Assembly (NCBI RefSeq): GCF_009914755.1
Contig: NC_060936.1
From: the human T2T-CHM13v2.0 reference genome, Homo sapiens
Strand: one strand, 5' to 3'
Length of the DNA stretch: 64,000 nucleotides
The translations under genes were made by a program, and so were the position numbers. Position 1 is the stretch's first letter, and each line of letters starts with the position of its first letter. Below the pieces are notes generated by a model, which did not search any database, was not told the origin of the DNA, and saw nothing but the letters and a program-made list of their open reading frames with translations. Shown here piece by piece: positions 15,825-32,870 of the stretch.

Positions 15825-18800
15825 GTAATTAACTACAGTAATTTAGGACTTTTAACTTCTCTGGAGGAAGATAAAGGGTGCCCTGAGTAATGGATGACAC
15901 ACTGTTAGACCCTACAGATTTCTCCTCAATTTAGTCTTTTACACCTTAAGCCTTTATTTCTAATGTCTTCTCCAGCCTATGTTAATGTAGCTAAGGTTGA
16001 ATAACTGCCTCCCACTATTTTCGGTGATATTATAACATACCTGTCCTAACATACTTTAAAAATTGTATAATTATCTACTCGTATGTACTATCTTTACATT
16101 CATCCCTTTTCTCCCCCTTCTGCCTCCACTACACTACGGGCTCTCAAACAGGCTCTCAAAAGCAAGAACCCATCTTAGTTGTTACTATATGTACAGTATC
16201 TAGAACACATTAGACAGTAATCAAATGCTGAAGGAAAGAAACCTTGTCTACAAGTATGATTTAGCTTCATTAGTAGGACTAGGAAATAGTTTGCCAATAC
16301 TTTGTCACCTGTAAATCACTGTGATCAGAGAAATTTTTCTGTATCATAGCTGACTTACTACAGGAGAATGGATACATTGTAAAAACCTTTTCCAATTTTC
16401 TTTTGTTAAACAGGCAAATAACACTTTCCTTTTTCCTACATGAAAAATGTGTAATTGATACTAAAAATTTTCTACAGACTATTAAACCATCTTGGAGTTA
16501 AATGTATAAATAAGTGATACTCATGACCACTCAGAAAAATCATATCCTTCAAGGCAAAAAGATAACTGTACTTAGAGCTAAATAAGAACATACCAGAGTA
16601 CAAGTAAGTTATCCTAGCATCCCTTTGTCACTTATCACTGCTGCTCCTGAATGTTCACCTCATTATCACCTGTGCCCTCTATTCAGGTAGCAGGAGTTCC
16701 ATGGCAGAAAGATTCCAAGGAAGTAATAATTTTGCTTTCACCTTCCCTAGTATTTACCATCAATGAAACCTACACTTCCTAGTTACACCACATGAAGATC
16801 TAACCCCTCTCTACCTTTATAGTGACATAACATAATGAGACTGCTTTTAAGTTTCCTTTAAAAAATTACATAACCAATAGCATATAATGTTCTGTTAAAA
16901 TAACAGCACTGTAGCATAAAACTACTGCCACAAAAGGAATTCCTCCCTCTACTAAGACAGACTACCAACGCACAGAAGGTTCTTAGTAATTTAACTACTG
17001 TGGTAATAAAGTCAGGCAAAAAGACAGAACTGAAGACAGAGTAAAAGACAGCTAGTTGGTTTTTTTCTTTTCTTTCTTTTTTGGAGTGGTGCCTTGCATT
17101 TCACTAGAAATCTAAAAGCTAAGTCTTGACCATATAAGGCTTTGGGATTCCCATGGATAGAAAGATCAAGGAAAAAGTCACATCTAATAATCTTAAAATA
17201 CACACACACAGGTACTAAGCTATCATCCGAGGATTCATATTTTTAAATTCTAGTTTCACTTAAACATACTGTCATAGATCCCAAAAATGTTCCTATAAAA
17301 TATTATGATCAAATTCACAAAAAGGAGTATATATATAAATCGTTGATATTGCCTTAAAAAAAAGTCTTTTATTGGAAATCTTCCTAAAATCTATCACGCA
17401 CTCCTTTGTCATTTTAAACAAATACAAAAATGTAATTTAACTTTTTTCTATTAACTCATTATTGCATCAGTTATTACACTCTGCTGTTACACAACAATGT
17501 CCTTATAACCAATAGCTTACGCAGCTAAAACACCTAACACGCTTTTTGGGAATTATGTTTGCTTTTAGCAGGTTGTCCGCCTTTCGTCTTGCTTTCAGCT
17601 GTCTCCTCTTAAAACTATCTGACAACTTTTTATCTTCCATACTAATCTGCAACTCTTAATTTGCCAAAATTTTTTTTAAAGAGCCTAAAATAAGAGTACA
17701 AAAAAATCACGTGAGGACTTCTCCCTAGTAAAATAAAAGTCTTTATGCTTACGTGTGTGGATTCTACAACTTCTGTGTCAGTTCTATGAGTAATGATTAT
17801 TTCCCAGATATTTTTAAGTCATAAAGTTTCCAATATGGGGGGAAAAGTTTATTAAGAAATTATGCCCTGTAAAATGTAGAGGGCTAGCCCATAGGCAAGT
17901 AATGTCAAAACTGACTACTGCTGAGAAAAAGCAAGCTAACATTATTGGCAATGTTTTCTTCACATGGAGATAATTAAAAAGAGCAATCACATGAAGCAAC
18001 TCCTGCAGATAATTTCAGGGTTCCTGGAAAAAAAAACAGGAGAAACTCTAAGAAAATGTAGAAAGATTATATGCTAATACTTTATCTTTGTATTATTTAC
18101 ATTTTATTTACAATTCTGCCTACTCATGACTTCAAAATTAAAATATACTAGTAAATCACTGTATGATGTAATTTTTAAGTACTATAGAACCAAAAAAGGG
18201 GAGGGAAATAGAAGCAGCTCAGCTTACAAAACAGCAATGTATAAAGCTCAATGGAATAGTTATGTCTGATCCAAATGGAACACTATTTTCTGATACAGCT
18301 ATTTCATCTTAAGAGAACAGACTGTATACATAAGACATAAAGGTATACCCCAAGCCTCTATTTTATTATAGTAATAAACTTCCTCTTCCAGAGAATAGCT
18401 TTCAGAAAACCACAGTTTGACATCAATGCCCTTCACCAGCACTGCTACTCTGTTCAGATTTTGTCAACAATTACTATCATCTGTAAGGTACTATATGCTG
18501 GGAATACAAAAAAATGAATCATGACTAATACCGAGCCTTATTAAATATATGATTTTAACAGACTCAATGTGAAAACAAAATAATACAGCAAATGCTGTAT
18601 TTTGTAGGAGCTCAGAGATTAGGGAGTAGCCTAAGTAAGAGCAAGGCTTCTAGGAGAAACCTGATCTATGTCATTAAGGATAAAGAAATGGTGAAGGTTA
18701 AAACAATTTTTTTTTTAAAAGAGGAGTAGTATATCAAATAGAGAACATTTAATATTGCTGAAGGGTCATAAAGTACAAGAAACAAAAGTAGGTGATTAGA

Positions 18801-19035
18801 GAGAATTAAGGAGAGATAAGAAGAAGGGGTTGTGACTGGCCTTATAAACCATGCTAGGAGGACCTAAATTTATTCTGGTACAACAGAATTTTTCAAATAT
18901 GAGTAACATAAGACCTTTCTAAAACATCCCTAATATTGACTAGAATTATTTTTGTTACAAAGTTATTTAAATAGCTAATAACATAAACCTAGGCCTTTAT
19001 ATATGTTTCAGTGCATATCTAAACCAAAATAAATT

Positions 19036-19333
<298 letters not shown>

Positions 19334-19711
19334 GCAAAATATATTTATACATTTTCTTGCCATTTTCTCTTTAGTTCGTAAAGGGGTGAGTGATGCCATC
19401 TCACTGTGAATTGGCCCCCACTTATTGCAAAGATGATTTAAATCCATCTTGATCTTTCCTCATTTGTGTATGACAATAAACCTATTCTATTTGGCACCAA
19501 CTCACAGCATAAATGCAATTGTATGCAACTGAAATCAAGAAGGAGTGTATCAGTTCTAAAATAGTAATTCATCTTGTTCATCTATCTAGTTATCCATTCT
19601 CATATAGTTTAGATTATCCTCACAGCAAAAATTCAAAAATTAAAACAACCTCGTTGAGGTGGAGATTAAGAGAATAAGTTTCAAGAAGGCTTCCTAAAGA
19701 CTTCCCAAGAA

Positions 19712-20245
19712 CGATCCAGCAACCCCATTGCTGGGTCTATACCCCAAAGAAAACAAATTGTTCTACCAAAAAGACATATGTACTTGCATGTCCATTGCTG
19801 CGCCATGCACAACAGCAAAAACATGGAATCAACCTAGGTGCCCATTAATGATGGACTGGATAAAGAAAACGTGGTATTAAACATACACACCATGGAATTC
19901 TAGAGAGCCATAAAAAAATAACGAAATCATGTCTTCTGCAGTAACATGGATGCAAGGTGCAGGTGAAGGCCATTATCCTAATTGAATTAATGCAGGAACA
20001 GAAAACCAAATACCATATGTTCTAACTTATAAGTGTGAGCTAAATATTGGGTACTGTATTCATGGACATAAAGATGGCAACAACAGTGGGGAGTCGGGGA
20101 GGGAACAAGGGAGAGTGGGAAGAGTTGAAAAACTGTTGGGTACTTTGCTCAGTACCTGGGTAATAGATACATCACATAATATACCCAGGTAACAAACCTG
20201 CACATGTACCCTCTAAATCTAAAATAAAAGTTGAAAAAGAGAAAA
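19712..20245 (+). mobile_element. L1 3' end (L1PB-like)
   Basis: GATCCAGCAACCCCATTGCTGGGT...AACAAACCTGCACATGTACCCTCTAAATCTAAAATAAAAG plus A-rich tail. Confidence 0.88.
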
Positions 20246-20851
20246 AAGAAAATCAGGTTACCAAAAAGCAAAACAAAACAAAAGAAAAAAAACAACAAGC
20301 CTCCTAAGTTCTAGGTTTATGTGATCAAGTGGAGGATGATGCCAGTTACTTCCAAATGTTTCACTGTGAAGACCTTAGAACTCTGAAATTCAGCAGAGAA
20401 GAACGTGGTACCACATCCTGCATCTCCTCCACCCTTTTTAAACTGAATCTTCTTTTGTCCTCATTGTGAATTCCTGACCCTTGACTCATTCCAACTCTTC
20501 CAGTCTACCACCATTCACAGGCTTTACTTGCCTCCTCTTTACTTCAACTACACATTCACTGCACCTCAGGATTCTTGGTAACCCTTGCCAATCTCTAGGA
20601 CTGAGTAATACCATTAATTTGCTCTGTTCTCCCACACAGATGCTGTCAAACAATGCTAGGAGAATTTAGAAACTATGTGGATTTGGTCCTCAATGACTTC
20701 ACACTAAACTCAGTGTAATACTCTACCAGCAGATATTTTTTAAATGTCTACTGCCAGAATTCCTAACACATTCTATTTATCACCTCAAATCTCTGACATT
20801 TGCCTTAAGATCTCATCAGTACCAAATCCCACTGATCCACAATCCCACTTA

Positions 20852-21181
<330 letters not shown>

Positions 21182-21634
21182 CTATACCCTTACACTATGA
21201 AGAAAATGGAAATGGTCAACGGCTATTATCTAAAGATTTCATTCTTTCCACATAAGTTTTTACAGTTTCACACTCCTCATCTTCCTTCCCCTTTGCTGCA
21301 AACGAAGAAATAGTCTACCACTCACAAACTGAACTTCTAATGATTTCTTACACAAATGCCTTCTACTTTTCCATCTTCATGTTGCAATATTTTGCCCTGT
21401 ACTTTAGCCAAACAAAACCAATCACTAGTCCAATTCTTAACCTGCTGTTTCTCCTATTACTACTCCCTCCTCCTATAATGCCTTTCCGACATCTCTGCCT
21501 CTATACCAACTCACACCCTCCCTCAACCAAAACAAATCTTTTCCATCCTTCTACATCCTAAGATCTACTTAAATAAAAACATTTTTAAAATTTCCTTATG
21601 CTACCTTCCATATATACTATTCCTCTTTTCCTTC

Positions 21635-22590
21635 GCATTTTATTGTATGAAAATGTGCAAACATATAGCAAAGTTGAAAGAATTTTACAGTGAACACCTA
21701 TATAATCACCATCTAGATTCTACTATTAATATGCTACTACTTGCTCAGCACACTTATCTATCCACAGTCATTTATTTACACATTAATACAGCTACTTTGA
21801 AAGTACCAAAAAAGTAAAACTGTAGAGTACATGTCTCCCTAAATAACTCAGCATGTTTGTCATTAGAGTTCAATATATTTCATTTTCTTTTGATGCAAAA
21901 TTTAGATACAATGAAATGCAGAGATCTTAAAAATATATATATATATATATATATTCACTGTCTTATCAATGCATAAACCAGTGCACACAACCTAACCTGT
22001 ATCAAGATTCAGAACATACCATTACTACAGAAAATTTTCCCATGTCCCTTTCTGGTCTGTCTCTCCCATTCAGAGTCAACTACTGTTCTGGGTTTTTTTT
22101 TCCACCACAATAAATGAGTGGCCATTCTAAAACTTCATGTAAATGGAATCTTAGAACGTATCTTTATTTTGTGAAAGGCTTCTTTTAGCAAAATGTTTAT
22201 GAGATTCATTCATGTTGTTGTGGTTATCAAGTAGTTCATTCCCTTTTATTGCTGCATAAATATTCCCTTATATATCTATACCATAGATCATCCACTCCAC
22301 CACTGATAAACACCTGGGCTATTTCTAGTTTTTGACTACTAAGAATGAAGTTGCTATGAATAAGTCTTCTTAGAACGTATGTTTTCTTTTTCTCTTGGGT
22401 AAACATAAGGAGTGGAATTTCTCAGCAGGTATACACTGACTTTTATAAGAAAATACCAAACATCTTTACAAAGCAATTGTACCAATTTACATCACCAACA
22501 ATGAGAGTTCCAATTGTGCCACATCATCGCAGGCATTTCATGATGCTCATATCAAAGGTTTTTTCATTTTGGCCTTTCTGATTAGTGTAA
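21635..22590 (-). mobile_element. Old L1M fragments
   Basis: GAGATTCATTCATGTTGTTGTG...TTCATTCCTTTTTATTGCTG...ATGAGAGTTCCAATTGTGCCACATC, typical of the reverse L1M 3' region. Confidence 0.7.
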
Positions 22591-24359
22591 CATCTCCCCT
22601 TTTTTGAATACAATAGGCATTGGTTGTACCATTCATGTTATTTTGCATATTATTCATATATTTGTCTTGTCTCTATTAAACTATATGCTTCCTGAAGTTA
22701 TGAACTGTGTGTTAGCCATCCTTTCCACCCTGCAATATTTACAGCAGAATGCTTTGCACCTGCTAGAACAATAAATATAACTTTCATTCAATTGTTTAAT
22801 AAAACTTCTTTGCCTTTCCTGTTTGGATAAGCCAGGGCAAAAAAATTCAAAATGCAGATCTGTGAAATAAGGTAACAGATAATGAAGAGTTAGCAATGGC
22901 CCTCCAATTTTATCAGTCCTCTACTAAAATACAAAACATCCTTATAACAATTTATTATGCTGCCTGTCCTATAATGATGTCATATCTACACACATGCATA
23001 TAGAAACATACAGAGGCAGCAAATAAGCTCCATGTAAACTCCACCAGTGCAGGGATTTTTGTCTGCTTTGTGAATTCATTGATGGATTCTAGGGTCCACC
23101 ACGTAATAGGCACACAAATATTTGCTGAATAAATACACACAAAATACACATTTCCGTAAATGTGCCTTTGAAACAAATGGCAGGGAACTTAAATCATGAA
23201 CAAAGCTTTTCAAGGCTATAGCTTTAACATCCTTAAACCTAATACCCATGAACATATCTTTCAGATATATATTTCAGTTTCTGTCCAGGATTTTAAAGTA
23301 TTTCCCAAGGTGTATCTTCACACCATCAGAATGGTAATTCTCTGTAACGTAATTACATGACTTTGGGGTGTATACACAACGAATTTTAAGAGGAGAAGGC
23401 TCCTAAATAGTCACCCCAGATGTACCAAAATCAATGCAGCAATCAATGACATGTCATAAACCATAGTATAGAAGGATTGTCCATCTATTAAAAATCTCAG
23501 TTTAACTATTCATCTGGGTATCCATGCACCAAATAAATCAGGAGTAGAATTTCCAAGTGTCCATTCTCTTCAAGGCCCGAAGATGAAGTCCTTGAAACAG
23601 GTTACTGTGAAGAGAATCCTTCATACCATTAAACATTTCCTGAATATCTAGCAATCAATGTCCCAGGTACTATGTTAGGTGAGAAGGCTATAAAGACAAA
23701 ATCAAGAAACTTCTATTTTGGGTGGAAGGAACAGTTAAGTAAATAAACAATTACAGAACCGTTACAGAAATATGAAAGAATGTAAGAACACACAATAGAG
23801 GGCTCTAGATCGGGAACCAATTAGGATAAGCTTTTTGGCAGAAGTAACTGTTTGAGATGCCTGATTACATGAGCCAGCAAAGTAAGGATCAATTCCAAAG
23901 GAAAATTTTAGTAGTAATCACACTCAAACACCAGCTTTCTCCAGACCAGGTGATCCCTTTCAGTAGGGCTCCTTTGATTACTGAAGGGCAGCTGAAGGAC
24001 ATTTGGGTTGTTGACATGACACCTGAAGGGCATCTGAGTTGTTTTCAGTTCTTGGTTATTATAAATAAAGCCACTATAAAAATGTACATACAACTTTTTG
24101 TGTGAACATGTTTTCATTTCTCTGGAGGTAAAAAAGTAAGCTTACTGCAACTTAACTTGGTCCTTGTTTGTGAATGGTGTCATTACAAAAAAAAAAAGTA
24201 TGTGAAAAGTGCACAGCTTCCTTAAAGGTAAATATTACCACACAATAATCATAACAGCTATTAACTGAATATGCACCCCAAAAAGATGAAGAAGCAAGCA
24301 AAAGCAAAGCAAAAATTAGATTAAGATCCAAAGAGAAGTTACTCAATATTTTAACTTAA

Positions 24360-24790
24360 TTGCTCAACAATTATTTACTGAGAACTCACTATGTGCCAGG
24401 CACTAGGATAATGCTTGGGTTCACTGCTAGACAAATAAACAAACAAATAAATACGTAATTACACCCTAGGAGAAGAGGCATGAAAGAACAGGGCGCTAAT
24501 AGGAAAAGACAGGTTTCTGGAGAATAAGACACAGAGTCAGGGAAAACTTTCCCTGTTTCCCTTTTACAAAACTTAAAGAACGAATAGGAGTTAAGAGAAG
24601 GTGAGGATAAGGGATGGAAAGACTGTTCTATGCAAAGGGAAAATATAAGAGCTGGAGATATGAATGGGCTCAGGATATTTAAGGGTCTGAAGGGAAGTGT
24701 AGCTAGAATACAGATTAACAAGAGAAGAGACTACAAAAGTCAGCAGATCCAGATAAGTCTTGTTAAAGATTTGAGATCTTATTCCCTAAC
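24360..24790 (-). mobile_element. L2 fragment
   Basis: CAACAATTATTTACTGAGAACTCACTATGTGCCAGGCACT, an L2 3' signature. Confidence 0.65.
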
Positions 24791-25411
24791 AGCTTGGTTC
24801 AACTTAAAGAGTGTCAACTACTTCATATATCTCCAATTATTTTAAGAGAGATGTAGAATTCCAAAGCAGATTTCAGTATCAAATCTATAGTAAGTGTTTC
24901 TAACAAACAACACCATTTCCTCTAAGCCTCAAGTGTTACTAATAATATCAGTACCGATGCTTAACCTGAAAATATGACATTTCTTCTTAAGCCCTTTCAT
25001 TAGTACTGCGTTTTATATATTATTTTATACATACAGTATTTCATCTAATCCCCACAATAAATTGGTCCAATTTTTCTAGCAATTTTATGCTAGAGTCTTG
25101 AAATCTTTGACACCTCAAATTGAAAAAAAGTGATATTTTTATTTTAAAATTAAATGAGATTCAGTTCAACAAACATTTACCTCATAGACAAGTTACCAGT
25201 TTTCAAAGAGATTTTTTAAATGGATATTGGCCTTTCAAACTTCAAAAAAAAATTTTTTTAATTTCAATTTTTACAGGTACATAGGTGTATATATTAAACT
25301 CACTCCTTTTTAAAAACAATTTCCTGTTTCCATGCTGTTTACCTCAGAAAGTCATTTTTAACTAATTCTACCAAAAATAACAATCAAGGAGAAACCTACA
25401 TTTTTATATTA

Positions 25412-26323
<912 letters not shown>

Positions 26324-26617
26324 TATTCTATATAGCACAATCTGGATCTTGATACTGTGTCCATGTCTCGCTTTCTAGTTTCACGCATAAATGCTATCTT
26401 TTATCTATTTTGCTTATTACAATTAATTATTTGAGAAAATAAAGGTAAATATAAATACAATCATGAACTCACAGCTCTTCAAAAAAATAAATAAATGTAA
26501 AACCACATTATACAACTATTACTGTCTAGCTGACCCATTTTTCCCCCTACTCAGTAACTCTACCTCTCCCTCCCAACACATTAGATATCTTCCTTGAAAA
26601 TCTGCCTGTTGACATCA

Positions 26618-26965
<348 letters not shown>

Positions 26966-29202
26966 TTAATTAAACAGAAAAAAATGTTCTAAATGACTAA
27001 AGTCATTTCAGATCCATTCATTCTGTATCCCCGAACAGACTGGAAACTCAAAGGCAGACACTTTCTGTATGTGCCCCACTACCTAACAAAACATTTTGAA
27101 TGGAGTGGTTACTCAAATATTACCTCCCTTTTCCCTATAATGGGAAAGGCTGTGCTAGGTACTTTCACATATCCCTCTCATTTCATCCTTATGACGAAAA
27201 CCTTGCTGCAGAATATTATTATCATTTAACAAGCTCTGAAGAGGAAAAGACTCTTATATAAACAGCATAAAGTAGCTCATTCCAGTGGTACAAGTTCTTC
27301 CCTCTACATTTTTCACTTGCTCTCTATTTCTTTGAACCTATAACACCCTACAATATAATGTTTTATTAAGCAATTGGCTGCTTAATATACGTGAAAGCAT
27401 CTGCAGATTTCACTTGCTCCATATTCAACTCTGAAAGGCAACAGCACTAGGTGACTGGTGCTTACAAAGGCCAAAAGGTGATCTATTCTCAGTGAAGGTG
27501 TGTGTGGTGTAGAAGTAAAGTGGAGACCAAGAGGGGAAAAGAACTGTTGTTCAATTATTCAAAACACACTGAAGCATGTTCACTCGGAAAAGAATACCAA
27601 AACCACACAAAGGTAAATTCAAATATAAACACAAAAACATTTCTAAAACCTAAAATAGTGAAATTCGTGTCTGAAAATCTATTTTAACACTTTATATTGT
27701 AATCAATTCATGCATGGCTTGGTTAATCTTTCTTCCAGCTGCTATATTATTAAAATACCTTTCTTCACTAATTCTATTCATGTTTTACTATAGCTATTAC
27801 TTTCCTGCTTAGTATACCTAACAGCCTTCAAACAACTTTGTAAAGTCTATTCTGCAAAATTCTGAGTAAACATTCTAACAAAATAAAATTGAAAAGCCCA
27901 TTAAACCTAAAAACAGCACTACTAGAGCTTAACAACAAATTAATTTAGAGCGTGAACCACATAAAGAAAAGTTGTTCAAATATCCTATTCTAGAATGTTT
28001 TGTTTTGCCGCCCCCCCCCCCACCCCTTTTTTTTTGAAGGAGAGGCATCCAAATCTGTTTCCCTGTCATTTCTGGCAATCATTTTACATTCTTATGCCAT
28101 TCACATTTCACAAAAGAGTAAACAAACTCAAAGGGGTTAATAAAAACAGGGAACTAGTAAGTGGCACAGAAGGATTTAAACCTAAGACACAGAACCAGTG
28201 TTCTTTTCAGTTGCCTTCCTGCTGAAGGCAGGATGCTGCAGATACTTTCTGATTTAAGGCTACTTATATATATAGCCTTAAATTTGAGTCATTTATTTGG
28301 TATCATAACTATCTTTCCAATTACGCATATTTTTATTTGTACATTTGATAGTCTTTGCTTTACTCTTAACCCATGTATGTATTTTTAATTATGATTTTGA
28401 ATCAAGCATCTCCTGTAGAAGAAATCATTGAATTGTGGAACAAACTAACATGCATTTTTAAAATTTATATAATCCACCTGTAATACATTAAATGTGGAAA
28501 ACTGTCCATAGCTGTAATAAACTGAAAGAAGTAAATTATTGTGTACAGTGCAGGTGAGGACAGAGTAAAACAGACTCACATTCTTAGTGGTCAAACTGGT
28601 GCGAAACTTTGAAAACAATTTGGTAATGTTTATAATGAGTGGTTTAATACATTCCTTCATTTTCACCCAGAAGAGTCAGTGTGGAGATGCTCAGCTAAGG
28701 AAATCATCCTACTTTAAATGAAAAAAATCTTATGCATCAAAATATTCATCAAAATATTAGCACCAAAGCAAGCATACAATAAATATTTACTATTTGAATG
28801 AATAAGCAAATGAATGAATGAGTGAACTGCAAATAATAAAAACCTAGAAACAGAATTGGAATGGTTAATAAAATTACAAACATCCAAATTAATATTAATG
28901 ATAAAAACTTAAAAAATCAGCTATATGATAAGTGGGATTAAAAAAACTGTATAGTACAATCACAAGAATGTTTTTAACCCACAAATATACAAAATACATT
29001 TAGAATACACACAAAGTATATAAAAATACACACAAACACATAAAAATTAGGCAAAAGGAGTATACCAATATATTAACATAGAGTAAAGGGCTGACAGTAA
29101 TTTTTTCTCTTATTTCTTATTTTCTAAATGTTCTATACGGCAGATATATTACCATTAATATTTTTTAAAAAGCTAAAACACATCAATATTATCCATATTT
29201 AG

Positions 29203-29632
<430 letters not shown>

Positions 29633-30290
29633 TACAAATTGCCTATTGTACTGATTCTACATAAATTATCTCAGTAAATCTCTTTACATCCATGCATAAA
29701 TTTTTTAATGTACTTCATTAATATATAAATACAGATTATAATAACTCTATCTCCCCTCACTCAAAAGGTCTCTTAGGTATATTAGTAAGAGAAAGAGGCA
29801 GGTGGGAAAGGTACAGCTGTCATCTACAAGAAAGACCCTGTGAAAAAGATTATAAGAAAATTAAAATGTCTTTTGATATATTTTCCAATCACCCTAAGAT
29901 TATTAAGAACAGGCAGACTCTGTCCTTCTTTTAGCTCTACTAAAACTCATCTGCTCATGATTTCAATTTACAATAAACATATTTTAGCTTTAAAAGACAA
30001 CTAGAAAGATAAAATGGAACTCTGGAACTTCTTTAAAAATTGGGGGGGAAAAACTTCTGAGTGTCCTAAGAGATTTAGCCTATACTAAAATATCATCAAG
30101 GTTAAAAAATATAAAAGTTAAACAAAATAAAAATTAAAGATCAAGTGGGATATTTTCTTGGGAGGGAATGAAAATTAAGAACTTGATAAACAGAGCAAGT
30201 GCCTACAAAGATGAAAGTTCACTCTACAATTGCCTACTTTCACTATCTGGGCTTAACCTAACTTTATTACTGTTTATAAAAATAAATCTG

Positions 30291-30572
<282 letters not shown>

Positions 30573-31759
30573 TATATTAATCTATGTATCTATGTTTCTT
30601 TAAAAATTGGAAGACTGCTATACTGTATTCTGTGGTATATAATAGTGGTTCACAGTACTTTTAATGGAGTGACCTCCATTATTAGCCTAAGGAAAAATCA
30701 GACGGCTTGCTACATACACTAAATTTCTGAAGAACAGATTTCTTCATAAGAATGGGTATCTGGGGTTGAAAACGTTTAGTTAGGATACTAACTAACAATT
30801 GATCTTTCCCATATAAGGCTTTCTTTAAACAATGTTAACTCTTACAGTGTCTTCCACAGTAATTAAAGAGTAGAATCCTTTCTGAAAATTCATTTCTATT
30901 TAAAACAGGGCGAGGATCCAAAGCACTGTATTTAATTATTTCAGATCTTCAAAGAACACACTGTTTGTAGTAGTGGAAGCATCTATGATAACTACCATAC
31001 CTAAACTAGACTCTAGCTTTAATTTTATTCCAAAATAGGAAAAGAGCAGTTAATAATAGAAGACCCAAATGCCTTTGAATTTTTTGCTGAAACTAGGAAC
31101 TGCTTTTCTTGTAGTCTTTTCATTTTTTATCTCCCTGTCATCCACAGTCCTTTAAAACATAGAAGTTCTAAACTTGGAATCAGATTATCCAATAAAAACA
31201 AACAAGATTTCAGTAATGGAAGAAATGACTTAATATGAAAGCAGAAGCTAGGAGAAAAGCAGGTATATAATCTAATATAGTTAAATTGAAAATGAAACAG
31301 AAGCATTTAATAAGGCTTTTACACAATGTCTTCTGATATAGGAACATTTTAAAGAAGTTAATGGAAATATAAAATACTAACAGAAGACCTGTGACCAGCT
31401 AGTTTGGTGTTAGATTTTAGTCATTATATGTTAACAGTGTTCAGATAAAGTTATTTAAAATCAAAGGCTGATTAAATAACCATATGCCTACAGGATTCTC
31501 AATTTCTTGTTATATACCACCCATGATTATCAACAGTGAGCCCTGGAGCAACAGAACACATTAGCTGGCAAGAGTAAGACCTTGGTGTACCCTGGATGCA
31601 TCCAGGAAGTTTCTGGAACACCCCATTGGGGTAGCTTTAGGAGATAACTGACCTACCAGATTTGTTGTGGCCTATCAATTGTCCTATAATTAAGACCCAG
31701 GTATTCTTAAGGATACCATGAGGATGGAACCTGGTGATTCAAGTAGTCCAGAGGCACTA

Positions 31760-31995
31760 TGGCATAGCGTTTGTGAGAACACTGTTCAGTCAAACTTCTC
31801 AGGTTCAACTCCCAGCCCTGTAATTTATAAGCTTTGTTGTGACCCTACAGTCACATCTGTACCTCATTTTCTTCACAGGTCTAATGGAATAATAAAATGA
31901 ATAATACCTCATATGATTAATGTGATAATGTAACCGCCTAAGGCATGTCTGTTATATCCTTAAATACTATTATATAAGTGTTTACTATTTACTAT
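31760..31995 (+). mobile_element. MIR (degraded)
   Basis: CAGGTTCAACTCCCAGCCCTG...TCTGTACCTCATTTTCTTCAC...AATGGAATAATAA. Confidence 0.55.
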
Positions 31996-32127
31996 TCCAA
32001 CCAAATAGTTCCCTCTGAAGTCTCAAAGATGTTAATTCCCAAATAGATCCTTCTGAAGACTCAGATATTAATTCCCACAACTGTTACTAGAATCTGTTAC
32101 AGTATGAACTTAAAAGTTCTGCACCCC

Positions 32128-32417
32128 GGCTGGGCATGGTGGCTCACGTCTGTAATCCCAGCACTTTGGGAGGCCAAGGTGAGCAGATCTCGAGGTCAAG
32201 AGATGGAGACCATCCTCACCAACACAGTGAAACCCCGTCTCTACTAAAAATACAAAAATTAGCTGGGTGTGGTGGTGGGTGCCTGTAGTCCCAGCTACTC
32301 AGGAGGCTGAGGCAGGAGAATCGTTGAACCCGGGAGGTGGAGGCTGCACTGAGCCGAGATCACGCTACTGTACTCCAGCCTGGTGACAGAACTCCGTCTT
32401 AAAAAAAAAAAAAAAAA
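32128..32417 (+). mobile_element. Alu (AluSc-like)
   Basis: Full dimer with poly(A). Confidence 0.95.
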
Positions 32418-32457
32418 TTATGCATCCCAACTACAGCCTCTGCTTAATGTCATATTG

Positions 32458-32670
32458 CTTTGTTGTTGTTGTTGTTGTTGTTGTTGACGATGTTTTGAGA
32501 CACAGTCTCACTCTGTCGCCCAGGCATCATATCCGGCTAATTTTTGTATTTTTGTAGAGAGAGAGTTTCACCATCTTGGCCAGGCTGTTTTAACTCCTGA
32601 CCTCCGGTGATCCGCCCGCCTTAGCCTCCCAAAGTGCTGGGATTACAGGCCTGAGCCACCCCGCCCAGCC
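32458..32670 (-). mobile_element. Alu with most of the right arm deleted, (GTT)n tail
   Basis: GTCGCCCAGGC joined directly to ATCATATCCGGCTAATTTTTG; TSD TGTCATATT. Confidence 0.9.
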
Positions 32671-32870
32671 TGTCATATTATTTTTATAATAAAAAAGGGG
32701 AGGAATCATTTTGTAAACTGACAACAAATAACATTTATCATTTGGATGCGGATAAAGAAGAAAGCAGTTTACTGGATGAGAAAAGAGCCAATCTGAATTA
32801 GTCTAAAAGACCTAATTCAAACATAATGGGATGGGATAACTACAATATCTAATTAAAATGAACCTTAAAA

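Noticed and set aside
18190-18199. CCAAAAAAGG formal CArG match
   Set aside because: A homopolymeric core is a poor SRF site and likely arises by chance.
27311-27426. Direct repeat TTTCACTTGCTC around a 9-bp hairpin, as a possible TSD-flanked small RNA insertion
   Set aside because: No poly(A) and no recognisable RNA; the lengths are compatible with chance or simple local duplication.
32014-32077. Degenerate roughly 27-bp direct repeat (TCTGAAG.CTCA..GAT.TTAATTCCCA)
   Set aside because: An ordinary old tandem duplication with no functional cue.
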